From assembly GCA_030295235.1 (NCBI GenBank), contig AP026152.1:620001-684000 (forward strand): a stretch of DNA of 64,000 bases, written 5' to 3'. The notes under the pieces were generated by a model. That model made no database searches. It saw only the letters and a list, made by a program, of their open reading frames with translations, and had not been told where the DNA came from. Of this stretch, positions 47,178 to 59,384 are shown in pieces. The first letter of the stretch is position 1. Each line of letters opens with the position of its first letter. Both the position numbers and the translations under genes were made by a program. The DNA comes from Fistulifera solaris (lineage: Eukaryota).

Positions 47178-50100
47178 ATGAAGTTCTTTTCTTTGCTCAT
47201 CACCATGGCATCCGCCGCTCCGATTCCTCTCGATCGCTTTCAAGCGATGCTGCAGACCGAAGTTCAGCACGAGTTCTCTCATCCTCACAGTCGTCAGCTA
47301 CAAGACAACTTGTGGGATGCCGCCTTGCAACATGAACTCCATGTTGCAGCGGAACGCGAAGCCCTCGAGCATACTCCGTCACCCTTTTTGGTGTGCGATT
47401 TCACCCTCGGCAAGACGGGTGATTTGTGCCGCGCCGACATGGTCGCTCAGTTGAAGACAGACGATCTAATGCCGGTCATCAACAAGTTCGATCAAACGTG
47501 CTTTATTGTGGAAGCACTCCCATCGGTCATTGCGGAGCTCACCTACTTGGCCGCCATTCCTCTCACGGCCGAAATGAAAATGGGGCTCAATTTGGTCGAC
47601 CAAATCGAGCAACGACAAATTCAACGCATCGATGCTACCTTCTGCCTCGGACAGGTGCAAACTGAGGACGAAGCGCAGGGTTTGGCGGCCCGTGTGCTAT
47701 CGGCCGGCGAACGTCACTTGTCGGCCTTTGTGGAAGGTCGTGTGCACCGTTCGGCAGACCGACAAAGCTTTTGGCGTCGGCGATTGCAAGAAGATATGGA
47801 CCCGACTATCTGTGAAAGCATTCATTCCGAGATGGAGTTAGATATCAGTACGTACAGTCTTTCCATCGAGTTTACGGAGGAGCACACGCATTATTCGGAA
47901 TGCCTTCATGCTCTTGTTGTGCAGCTTGCTACACAGCCGGAAATTTGCTTTGTGGGCGGTTATCAACGAATTCAATTACTAAATGATATAGCCAGTGGCC
48001 TTGTGCAAGATGGTGCAAGGAAGAACAAATTGTTTTATCAGCGGGGTTTGAATGGAACTGGTCAAGTGGTCGCAATGAGTGACACTGGTAAGTCATGATT
48101 GCTGTGTTATCTCAGAATGAACATTGACTGGGTCGCTCACATAAGTCGTGTTTTCTTCAGGTGTCGATATCGATAATTGCTATTTTTACGATCCTCAAAC
48201 AACTGTCATGAAGACAAGAAGCATCCGTTTTGATCCATCGGCTCGCAAAATCGTACAGTACTATACCTTTGGCGATGGCTTTGAGGAGCCCAGTGGTCAT
48301 GGAACGCACGTTGCTGGAACAATCGTAGGACATCGTGGAGACGGAAGACACGGTCGTGGAGATGGAATTGCCAAAGGAGCCAAACTCGCTGTTTTTGACA
48401 TGCAAGGACCCGAAGGTATGCGAAGACCGCACGTGCTCGAAATGTTCGAACCAGGCTACGTCGCCGGAGCTCGCATTCATTCTGCTAGCTGGGGCATTCC
48501 CAACGAAAATCGTTACACTGGTTTTGACCGTGACATTGATCGATATTTATACGATCACCCTGATTTCCTGTTCGTAGTGGCGGCTGGTAATTCTGGAAGC
48601 GGTAACGTCCGTCATACCGTTGCTTCTCCGGCCACAACGAAAAATGGCATTGCTGTCGGTGCAACGGACAGTTCAATAGGCGGTATTCTCGCCGAATTTT
48701 CGAGCCGTGGGCCTACCGCAGATGGTCGCATGAAGCCTGATGTGGTTGCACCAGGCCTGATGATAACTTCGGCGAGATCTGATCCGTCGCTTCGTGGAGA
48801 GTGTGACGAGTCAAGTGGGCTTGTTCAAATGTCCGGAACTTCGATGGCTACACCTCTTGTAGCAGGCGTGGCTGCGATTATTCGTCAATACTTTGCTGAA
48901 GGATGGTACGAAGACGGATCAAAAAATCAGATGATCGGCTACGAGCCCCGTGCGAGTTTAGTCAAGGCTATCCTTATCAACAGTGGAGAAAATCTGCGTG
49001 GAGTTAGCGGATCATATCCGACGGAATCTTATGACATGCAGCAAGGCTTTGGTCGCGTCAACATGAAGTCATCGTTGCCACTTGGTGGTGACAGAAGCGA
49101 CATGAAAGCCATTTTCGTCAACGCTCAGCGCATCTCCAGTGGTGATGAAATTACCTACAACGTGAAAATACAGGATACTGCCGTGTGCAGTGGCCCACTC
49201 AGTGTTACGTTGGTTTGGACAGATCCTGCTGGTGCTCCCTTTTGCAACATGGGGTGCGTACTGAATGACCTGGACTTGTACCTAACGCGTAAAGGCAGGG
49301 AAGGAAAGATCTTTCCAAACAATCTTAATCATGCTGATTCCACCAACAATGCCGAACGCGTGAGAATCGAAAATCCACTGCCCGGTGATACTTACACTGT
49401 CCACGTGCAAGGAATCGAGCTTCTGGCAACGCAAGAATACTCGCTTGTTATTTCTGGCTGTTTCACCGATAAAATAACGAAGGATGACGCTATCAATAAA
49501 ATAGACTTGATCGAGGAAGATTCTGATTGTGAAGATGGCTTCGGTCTCATCAGCATCAATGACAACGCGATGAAGAACTGCAGTTGGTTGTCTGCAAACA
49601 TTGACGAATACGAGTTTTTATGCTCATACACTGATGTTGTGTCAGAGTGCCCTTCCACTTGCAATCGGTGCTCTTTCAAACAATTGGAGACCGGGCGTGG
49701 ATTCATCACAGCAAATCTTGATGCAGGTGCTGCCCCACTCCGTTGGTATGGCACCACATTTGATTTGAAAACCCGAACTTCATTGACTTTCCAAGGATTG
49801 AGCTTGTATCTAAGTTCCAAAGAAGCATTCCGGGTTCAGGTTTCGATAAGCAACGGTGACCGTAGTGCGGTCGGAAAGAATCCTCTTGCTACATGGACTC
49901 CCGTGTGCGATGCCGTCGTTACAGGCGCAGGGACAGGAAAAGAAATAAAAATTGAGGGGTCAGAGTACTGCCATCCGTTTTTCATGAACGAAAACTCGTT
50001 TTTCACGATCCAAGTTGAGGTCGAGGGCACCAGACCGGGGCTGATTCTGTCGAAATACAATGATGGTGTGGATCACGTAGTACATGCGAATGAGCACATG

Positions 50101-50361
50101 TTAATTCGTTCTGGTGGCGCCGCGTATGGCAACGAAAGGGAGCAAGTCGAAGGATATACCTTGGATGGCTCGGTGTTATACACTACATCAGATGATGATA
50201 ACTGTAGGGATAATTCTGGAAAAGTGGAAATTCAGGAAGTAGGAGCAAAGAGTTGTGCCTGGCTTGAAATGAATCTTCACAGATTTCGTCATCTTTGCGA
50301 CACAACTCAAGTAGCAAGTCACTGCCCACGGACTTGCGGCGTGTGCACCGAGAAACAATAG
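47178..50361 (+). CDS. Secreted subtilisin-like serine protease (S8, KP-43/TagC-like) with Cys-rich ShK-like modules; intron 48088-48160
   Basis: Signal peptide; catalytic triad SDTG|VD, GHGTHVAGT and GTSMATP; oxyanion AAGN; LSVTLVWTDP..NDLDL; two C-x-W..C..CP-x-TC-x-x-C modules. Confidence 0.92.
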
Positions 50362-50449
50362 AATTATTTTTCAGCAACAAAGGATTAAATCATATCGCAA
50401 TAAACTTTAAGACAACAAAGTAAATAACCGAAAGATTTAGTCGTATGGA

Positions 50450-53338
50450 TTAGTCCCTCCATGGCCCTTCCATTCGCACTTTCACGTCCACCGGCGGCAT
50501 TTCCTTGCAAACGACCGTAACTTGCAACTTCGTAAGAACCTCGATTTCGAGTGAATCCCATTCAAGAGTTCCCTCACATGGGCGGCCGTCCTGAAACCTT
50601 CTTTGCAAAAGAATTCGCTTTGAACCGTCGCGCGCCTCATCGCTCGCATATGTGACCATGTCCTTGTGCTCTTGTAAAAATAACTTCACATTTACACCCA
50701 AAGCAGGTACGAAAACAGAAAACGTTGACTGTCCCACAGACAAAACAATACCAAGCTGTCCGTGCATGGGTTTGCTCTTGACGTACAACGAAAGAAAAAT
50801 GACATCGCACCTCTCTTGAGCATTTTTGGAACCCATCCTTTTTCGTTTGCATGCTCGCAAATTTGCTGTATTTCTTCTGGCTTCAAATGAAAGTTTTCAA
50901 CAGCCTCTGCACCCTCTATCGTTGCTTGCAGAAGGCGATGGACCATTACATCAGGGTACCTTCTTATAGGGCTTGTGAAGTGGGTGTAATACGGAATGTT
51001 AAGGGCAAAATGTCTCCATAGCTCCTTATCTTCTTCACTTCCTGCCGCAAAATATTCGGCCGCTTTGAATGGATTCATTAGCATCTGAGTGATGCATTGC
51101 AATATCAACGGTTGGTCACTGTACTCGCGGTTGAGGTGCACTAAAGACCGATGTAAATCTTCGCTAGATGAAACATTCAATTCTTGCCCTGTCGCAGCAA
51201 ACACAACAGCAGCAAGCTCACTCAAACCATCTATTTCGGGTTCTTTGTGACAACGGAGAACGGCCCGACTTTCGGCATGCATTATGAGCTTTTGTGCTAC
51301 AAGGTAGTTGGCGAGTAGCATGTATTCTTCAACGAGCCGATTGGAGTCTCGAATGGGATACGGGGCCGTAAGAAGTGGAGTTTGTCCATCCGCATCCATC
51401 ATAAATGTTAACTTAATTCCGTTGAGAGCGAGGGCACCATTTTCGAAACGGAGACGTCTCCTGGCCATCGCCACACGATGCATCAAGCGCACGTCAGCGG
51501 CAACTTGATCCACTGTATGAGTTCCCTTCGGCCGCCTGTCCACTGGCCACTGCTCGCTGTCCATTTCTGATTCCGCTTCACCCGTTGCAACTTTATTTTC
51601 AATAATATTCTGTGCTGTCAAATAGTCCAACCGAGCGCACGACTTGATCACCGTTCGCCCATACCAAATAGAATCCTTCGAGCGTACCATGGTACCATCA
51701 AGATTCATTCTCCAAACACACGAGAAAGCTAGTCGCTCTACGTTTTCATTGAGACTACAAGCGACTTCACATAAAGGTCTAGGGAGCATTGGAATCGTTC
51801 TGTCAACGAGGTAGATGGTTGTGGAACGTCGAATTGCCTCTTCATCCACAGCCGTTCCAGGACGAACGAAGAATGAAACGTCGGCGATGTGCACTCCGAC
51901 TTCCACCGTACCATCGTCCAGCATCTTGATATGAAGAGCATCGTCCAAGTCTTTGGCAGTGGTGGGATCAATCGTAAAAATACGTTCGCTTCGATAATCC
52001 CTTCGACCAGCATACATGCTTGGAGTTGGCTTCCAACCCAATTGATTCTTTTCACCGGAACTCGCATCTTCTGTGTAATACAGACCACTTTGTACCGCTT
52101 CATCCACATCCCGTAAAACTTGTGGAGGATGATCTCCGTGATTGACATCAAACTCGGAAAGTAAAGCCGTTATCTCATCTTCCAATACACACGCCGATCC
52201 AATTTTGACGATACGAGTACAAGGCGGCCACTTGTGCGTTTCTTGCCAGCTTCCATACTCATACTGCGCTTGGAAATAAGTCGTAAGAGCCACATCTACC
52301 ATTTTCTTACTGGAGTTGCCATCCTCCTCCCTCTTGAGTTGCTCCTCTTCACGGAGTTTCGTCAAGACGCCACGTGTCGACGCCGTAGGACATCGGAATT
52401 GCGGCAGTGATTTGTTGTTTGGAGTCAAGAGAATGGTGCTGTCATTCACTACTTTGAGTGTACCGACAATACGACGCGTCGCACGACGTTCCGTTCGTGG
52501 CGCTGTGGTAGACTGCTTAATTTCCGAATGAATGTCTTTGGGCGGAACAATGCAGACAACCGTTCCCTTGGGTTGCTTTAACGCCTTTTTCTTCTTTGAG
52601 CCGACGACGATCCTCGCCTTCACGAATATTTACCGCCTTTTTGACAGGACGAGGAATGGTGACGAGCGGATTCCACAAATCGACTTGCTGCGGATCTTCT
52701 TGCCAGGTTGTTGGAGGATCATCCTGCAGAGCGACATTCTGAAATTGCGACGTGATTTCGTCTTCCAAATTGATCGTGTCCTCCTTGTTGTCATCGTCAT
52801 TCTCGGTACTGGGTTCCAAAATGCGCACAAATACAATATCTCCGTCCAAAGCACGATTGCGATCGAGTTCTGAAGGAATACAGATATCTTGCAAATGCAA
52901 TCCTCGATCACACGTCACAAACGATGTAGAAGTAGCGGCTCCGCCAGCCGAGAATGGCAAGACCCGCAGTCTTCCTCGTACTAAAGTTCCTTCTGCGTAC
53001 AGCTTCATGCATTCTTCGAGAGATAAATGCGAAGGGTAGGGAACGAAAGGTGATGAAGAAGATGAGTTGCTTCTCGCGTACCGCTTGTTGTTATTCTTAT
53101 TGCCGTTGTGACCGTTTCTGTTTCCCTCATTGTTCCCATTACGACTGTTGTTTCCAGCTCTATTGTTCTTCTTCTTGTTTGCCGCGTTGTTGGGTGTAGT
53201 TGACGATTCGTTAGCATCCGTTCCTGGCGCATCTTTCGAGGTCTCTTTCTTCGGTTTTCGTGAACGACGATTTCCTCCGGAACGCGGCCTTGTGACTTGA
53301 TTTCGCGCGCTCTGATCGTTCTCCGTTTCCTTTGTCAT
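50450..53338 (-). CDS. DIS3L2: DIS3-like exonuclease 2 (RNase II/RNB family); frameshifts ~52600 and ~50840
   Basis: RNRALDGDIV cold-shock motif, catalytic TIDPTTAKDLDDAL, VHIADVS and YYTHFTSPIRRYPD; no PIN domain visible. Confidence 0.9.
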
Positions 53339-53886
53339 AATCTCTTTGTGAAATTGAAAGTAGCGACTACGTAGGTATATCTTGTTGTTTATGATGGCAA
53401 TCAAAGAGGACGATCGATACGAGCAGCATCATCGCGGATCGCAAAATAAAGAAAGGGCATCACGTCTGCGCGCAACGATAAGGATAAGGCTCGTGACTGA
53501 TGCGCAGTCTAGGAAAATTTGAGCTTACTTCTGATCTAGAGTACATAGGGAAGAAAGCTATCCTCCACTCATCGTTATACATGCTATTCCATACGGAGTA
53601 ACATTTTAGTACGGAAGAAGCAAATTCAAGACTGTATCAAAGACACATGTCGTTCGCCGGAAAAGGATAATGAAAGCGAGGACGACGGAAGCGACTACGA
53701 GCACGATGAGAACGGAAATGGTTAAATTGAATTGATTTGATTGATGCAGACAACCTTCCACCTTCCGTAACTTGTTCACTTTCACGTGAGAGAAACCAAT
53801 ACAATTCTCTTATACGTAGTACAAACGATCCTTATGTAAACGAGTTTGTTTATTCGCCTCTGTTCTTCTTTTGACCACATTCATTT

Positions 53887-54944
53887 TCAGTCTTGCTCAG
53901 CAAATCCAAACTCGCGTTGAAATTCACGTCCCATCTCTTCCTTTTCACGATCCAGTTCACTTTCGACAGCCATACTTTCTTGATCAGCCGCGGCCTTTTC
54001 TGCTCGACGCAAAGCCTTGTTCTTTCGTCCACCCATCTTTTCAACGTTTTGTTTCTCCAAATGTAAACGTCCCATCGTTTCTCCAAAAATAGTAGTTGTC
54101 TTGTTCTTGTTCTTTTCGGTCTTCTTCTTGCGAAGTTCAGCCGGTTGACGACGTGCCGCCTTGGCCAAGTCCGAATCAGCCCACATCGTTCGGCGCAAAA
54201 CGAAATCGAAATCAGGACCGCACGGTTGCAGCAACGGTACGGGCACTTTGCTGGAGAGATCTTTGGGATTCTTTTTCAATTGAATGTGATAGGTGCGTTG
54301 ATGAATCAACACAGTGCCCTGTGCCGGGGCTATCGTAAAGACAATCATGTGATCAATGCCCGTAGCCAATATCTTATCCACCACTTGTCCTCGGTAGAAA
54401 TCGGTCAATAAATTTTGCAAGTTTGGATAATCGATCGTCGAATATTGCTGCCACAAGTCGCCTTGAAACATGAGCAATGGTTTCGTGCCGATCCGTTTCT
54501 TGAAGACTTGTCCACCATAATCGCGAAGACTGCTCTTGAACCGCAGAATTCCCAGTTCTGCCATATCAAGTACTTGATGATCAAAAGTCCGACCGATCAC
54601 GAGATTGTTGGGTCGTTTCTTGTTGTGTGACGCCACGGCAAAGAGAGCACAATCGTTTTTGGTCGAAAGAAATTCCAACGATTGCTGATCTTCAAACGGA
54701 ACAATTTGGTTCTTTTGTTCAACAACTTAACTCTCGGAGCCTGCAAAGCACGAAGTTCCTGTAATACGCGACTCATGGCTTCGGAAGCTTTGATTCCTTT
54801 CAACAGAAGCGTGTTTTTGCCATCTTCTTTCAATTTCGATTCGGTCGATTTGAGGTATCTCTGAACGCGTGCATTTGGCACTTTTTTGCTTCCGCTAAGC
54901 TCTTTGGTGCGCGATGCCTTGCGCTGCTGTTCTGTGGGAGCCAT
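53887..54944 (-). CDS. RPF2: Ribosome production factor RPF2 (Brix domain); frameshift ~54715
   Basis: LEFLSTKNDCALF..SHNKKRPNNLVIGRTFDHQVLDMAELG, GPDFDFVLRR and GETMGRLHLEKQ. Confidence 0.93.
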
Positions 54945-55335
54945 TGTTGTGTAATTATATCCAATAAACGCAAGCAAAAGGCAAAGGACGAATGTTATTT
55001 GTCAATGCATTTATCGCAAAACGAAAAAGAAAAAAATTGCATTTGAATTTTGAATGGCTCTGGAAGAGGGAATCCGGAATCCGTGTGTTTGCTTGTTGCC
55101 GCTGGTGCTTTCATGACATTCGTGACAGTCAATCACGAACTGAAGGCAACAAAGTTTTGCTCTCTGAGACGACTTGAGACTTGACTTCAGTGTAGCTAAC
55201 TCGAGACCGATGAGCGCGTTAATCATAACCAGTTCAGTAAAAACAGTCTAGCTAGTGCGATTATGGCAAATTAAAAAGCTATTTCGACAATCAGCGCAAG
55301 ATTTTCTGCAAGCGATTGAAGTCTTGTTATACTCG

Positions 55336-56364
55336 TTAACTCATTTCGATTTCGGTACCGATACCGAGCTCTCGTGCTTTCTTCACAACTACACTGGCTG
55401 TCATAACATCTTGAATGGCTGTCCCCACGGATTTGAAAAATGTACACGGCAGTTGGGTCTCAGCGGGTTCGTAGTCTTGCTGTAACACTTCTCCCAACAG
55501 AGTGACGGGATGTTCGGATGGCAAATCCTTCAAATCACCCACCGCCCTCGCTTCTGGTGTATCTATCCAGACGCGACATTGACGAATGGTTGTTTCGGTT
55601 GGGATTTCTTGCATGTCTGGCGTATAACTACCGATCGAATTGAGATGACAACCAGCGGGCAGTACTATATTGCCATCAAACAGCGGTGTCGCCGTATTGG
55701 TACAAGTCACAATACAAGAAGCTGTAGAAAGAGCTTGTGCAATCTGCGCCGTATCGTCGAGTGCTAGAATCTGACAGTGCGCAATCTTGTCAAATGCTAT
55801 TTTACCTTCCGCACACATGGATTGAATCTTGTTCCACAAAGCAACAGCACGCTCCGGCGTCCGATTCACAATTGTCAATTGAGATAAAAGTCGTTGCGGC
55901 AAAGCTTCCGCAATCATTTGTATGTGCAATTCAGCTTGTAAGCCCGCACCAAACACCATTAAATGTTGCACTTCTTTACCTTGCCACGCCAAGGCCGTGG
56001 CCAACGCACTCCCGGCAGCAGTACGAGCCGCTGTCAAAGAAGTACCATCCAACACAGCATCTACGCGACCCGTTTCCGCATTTAAATGCAGAATCGTAGC
56101 CGGAACCAACGGTAAACCCTTGGCGGGATTGTTACTGCGCACACTCACAATTTTACATCCCATCGTATCCGACGTGGCGGCTGGTTTGAATAACGTCCAA
56201 TCGGGTGTAGTTCCTTCCGTAGAAACAGAATGATACGGAAGACCCAAACGAGAAGGTACAGTCGCTTGTCCTTGAGCCAGCGCAATGAAGGCTTGTCGAT
56301 TGACTTCCAAACACTCACGTAAATGAAGACATTGATGGACTTGTTGTTCGTTTAAAATCAACAT
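55336..56364 (-). CDS. Ornithine cyclodeaminase / mu-crystallin family protein
   Basis: GCKIVSV..NPAKGLP, LTAARTAAGS, GAGLQA Rossmann motif and FFKSVGTAIQD; intronless. Confidence 0.9.
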   Translation of the reverse strand: MLILNEQQVHQCLHLRECLEVNRQAFIALAQGQATVPSRLGLPYHSVSTEGTTPDWTLFKPAATSDTMGCKIVSVRSNNPAKGLPLVPATILHLNAETGRVDAVLDGTSLTAARTAAGSALATALAWQGKEVQHLMVFGAGLQAELHIQMIAEALPQRLLSQLTIVNRTPERAVALWNKIQSMCAEGKIAFDKIAHCQILALDDTAQIAQALSTASCIVTCTNTATPLFDGNIVLPAGCHLNSIGSYTPDMQEIPTETTIRQCRVWIDTPEARAVGDLKDLPSEHPVTLLGEVLQQDYEPAETQLPCTFFKSVGTAIQDVMTASVVVKKARELGIGTEIEMS

Positions 56365-56699
56365 TCTTTGGAATCTCACCAATGTAGAGCGCATTACTTT
56401 AATCGCATTTCCTGTTCTTTGTCGCAAAATACGCGTCTTTTCCAGAAAGGCCCGGAAAGAACTAATATTTCGTTCAACGACGTGCCGTAACAGCGGTTGT
56501 CGTTCAACGATTCAAAGAAAAAGTCACCTCACCAACAACTTCGATTCCTTTCCAGACACTTTCTTTTAAGGATGCCACTCATATACAACCAAGATTTACA
56601 ACAACAGCTAGCAGAAAAGTAGGCAGTTCATATTCTTTCTTATCATTGCGTTTTTTTTCGTTGCAACAATAAAAAGGTCGTTGCGCTAAAAAGGACGTG

Positions 56700-57658
56700 C
56701 GGCGGTGCTTCGAACGCCTACGTAATTTCACGTAGCTCTCGTTGGGAAATTTATCGACAGAGGGAGACCCGGATTTTGTGTAATTTCGATCACACCCTTT
56801 TTCGCGTCTTTTCAACACCAATGCCAACATTACTTTGCCCGACATCGCAAATGCATACTATAGAGCAATATTCGACCCTGATTGCACTGTGAAACATGAA
56901 GCAGTACAACAATGCAACGCTTCGAATGTCTACGCGTGATTTACGTAGCCGCCGTAGGAAATTCATCTCTGTAGGGGTACCCGGATATTGTGTTTCCCTC
57001 ATCAACCAATTCTTGCCTCTCAAGTGCCCAGATGCCAACGTTTCTTTTTCCAACGTATTCGCTTTGTATCAAAAAAGCAATAATCGCCATTGATTTAAAA
57101 ATGAAACGTTGATGGAACGAATGATGCAACACATCGAATATCTACGTACTTTCACGTGGCCCTCGTAGGGAAATTTATCGACAGAGGGGAAACCCGGAGA
57201 TTGTGTATTTTCGATCACACCCTTTTCGCGTCTTTTGGACACCAATACCAACATTACCTTGCCCGACATCGCTAATGCGTGCTATAGAGCAATATTCGAC
57301 CCTGAGTGGACTGTGAAACATGAAATAATACAACGATGCAACGCTTCGAATGTCTACGCGTAACTAACGTAGCCGCCGTAGGAAATTTATCTCTGCAGGG
57401 GTACCCGGATATTGTGTTTCCCGTCATCGTCCGATTCTGGCCTCGAAAGTGCACAGATGCCAACGTTTCTTTTTCCACCCTATTTGCTTCGTATCGAATC
57501 GCAATAATCGCCATTGATTTAAAAATGAAACGTTGATGGAACGAATGATGCAACACATCGAATATCTACGTACTTTCACGTAGCTTTCGTACGGAAATTT
57601 ATCGACAGAGGGGAAACCCGGATATATTGTATTTTCGAGCACACCCTTTTTCGCGTCT
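56700..57658 (-). repeat. Tandem array of a ~424-bp unit built of two diverged ~212-bp monomers (about 2.2 units)
   Basis: AAATTTATCGACAGAGGG at ~56747, ~57171 and ~57595 alternates with AAATTyATCTCTGyAGGGGTACCCGG at ~56959 and ~57383. Confidence 0.95.
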
Positions 57659-57857
57659 AAGGGAATCCCGGATGTCTAGCATCACTATGTACTATGTTTA
57701 TCGCTTCTCATCTCTCAGCGATACACTTAGATTCCTTTGCCTTATGCAAAGAAGATGATTGTTACTTCTCCTTTATGTCGAGCTAGGAGAAACAATATCG
57801 AGTATGTGTCGTATTACGTAGTATCAGCGTCATTACGTCATTACAGGCCTAAATTAC

Positions 57858-57908
57858 TAAAGGCGTAGTAGATACCGTATCTTTGATAAAGGCGTAGTAG
57901 ATACCGTA
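57858..57908. repeat. Short direct duplication TAAAGGCGTAGTAGATACCGTA (29-bp period)
   Basis: An identical 22-mer starts at 57858 and 57887. Confidence 0.8.
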
Positions 57909-58137
57909 CCGATGGCTTATATCTTTGATGTCTCATCGACGAACGTACGAACAAGTCTCACTGCCAAACATAGAAGAAATTGTCAATCAGTTCGATGATT
58001 CATTACGGAATGAATGTTGCAAGTGTGTCCCCTAGGGTCCAAGCCCGACGGCGACAAATGAAAACACGTTCAGCTGTTTGAGTAACACATATCTTCATCA
58101 CGGACGGTAAAATTCAGCTAACTCAATTGTTGACGTC

Positions 58138-58632
58138 TCATTTTAGTTCTAGAAAAATCTTGACCGCTGCATGATTGGCGTAACCGGGCCTTCCCAAGAC
58201 ATCCTGGAGAAATTGGGACAAGCGTTCTTGCCGAGTCGCGGCAAAATGATCGTCTTGCCGGTGAAAGAAAAAGGGACATGTTCCGGAAGGCATTTCGATG
58301 GGTTGGGTAGTCGTAGTAACGGAATGCGATGGTAATATCGTTAAAGGATGCGATTTTATTTGTTGATAAAGCCACCAAAAGTGACTGTATCTTCTTTGAA
58401 TGATCCGTTTGTCATGTTCCCGACAAACCGTAATCGAATAATAGTATGCCGGAAGACTGGTCTTGCCTTGCATCTCAGAAGGAACGTCGGGTGGGTTGTC
58501 TTTAATCAGCGCAAAGCCATTGCAATGAATCGTATAAAAAGTAGCGTTGTAGCGGGGCGACCAATGATTCTCCGGAAGATACATCAGCGGAGCATTCTCA
58601 TTCATTGCTTCGTGCCGTCTTACTTCCGTCAT
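58138..58632 (-). CDS. Small PX (Phox) domain protein
   Basis: YYYSITV..IQRRYSHFWWLYQQI..MPSG..RQERLSQFLQDVL..VKIFLEL follows the PX consensus. Confidence 0.85.
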   Translation of the reverse strand: MTEVRRHEAMNENAPLMYLPENHWSPRYNATFYTIHCNGFALIKDNPPDVPSEMQGKTSLPAYYYSITVCREHDKRIIQRRYSHFWWLYQQIKSHPLTILPSHSVTTTTQPIEMPSGTCPFFFHRQDDHFAATRQERLSQFLQDVLGRPGYANHAAVKIFLELK

Positions 58633-58773
58633 TTCCGAAATTTTGCGTCAATCTCTTGCGTATGTATAAACTCGTTAATTACTGATCAAGAGAACTAATG
58701 CAATTCTCCGACTTGATCATTTCAGATTATTATGAGTTCGCACGCAGACAGGTGCTGCCGTGCGCAAATAAAC

Positions 58774-59270
58774 TCCAGAATTTCTGGACAATCCACAGAA
58801 TTTCTGTCTGACGATATCGCGTTTTCCAGAATTTCTGGAATTTTTCGCAGAAACGCTGTTTGTTGAAAAACACCGTGTCCAGATTATTCTGGAAACAGAA
58901 AGGAATATCTGTATGATCCAGAACAACGACGCTCAAAGTCTCTTGAACGCGCGAATCATTTTTGTGAGATGATAACAGCTGGTCCAGAATTTCTGGACCA
59001 TCCACAGAATTTCTGTCTCACGATATCGCGTTTTCCAGAATTTCTGGAATTTACACAGAAACGCTGTTTAGCAGCAAAGAATTTCTGTATGATCCAGAAC
59101 AAGGACACTCAAAGTCCCTTGAACGCGCGAATCATTTTTGTGAGATGATAACATGTGGTCCAGAATTTCGGGACCATCCACAGACTTTCTGTATGACGAT
59201 ATCGCGTTCTCCAGAATTTCTGGAATTTACACAGAAACGCTGTTTATCGTGTCCAGATTTTTACTGGAAA
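58774..59270. repeat. Tandem array (units ~209, ~176 and ~110 bp) rich in TCCAGAATTTCTGGA palindromes
   Basis: Units start at ~58775, 58984 and 59160 and share CCACAGAATTTCTGT..GATATCGCGTTTTCCAGAATTTCTGGAATTT. Confidence 0.93.
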
Positions 59271-59384
59271 CACCCGGTTTAGCACTTGTGTAAACGAAAC
59301 ATTACAATTAAACAATCCATCAAAGTCGTATCGGTCATTTTCTCTAGTTCCGTTGTTTAAAGTATTTATGAAAACGGAACAGTC

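Noticed and set aside
56857..56900. ACTATAG..CGAC..CATGAA inside the 424-bp unit as another copy of the bipartite motif
   Set aside because: The AGTGT and GACTGGA cores are missing, so the similarity is too weak to count.
56579..57642. Short ORFs in the 424-bp repeats as transposase fragments
   Set aside because: Frames are not conserved between copies, and no DDE, HUH or RT motif is visible.
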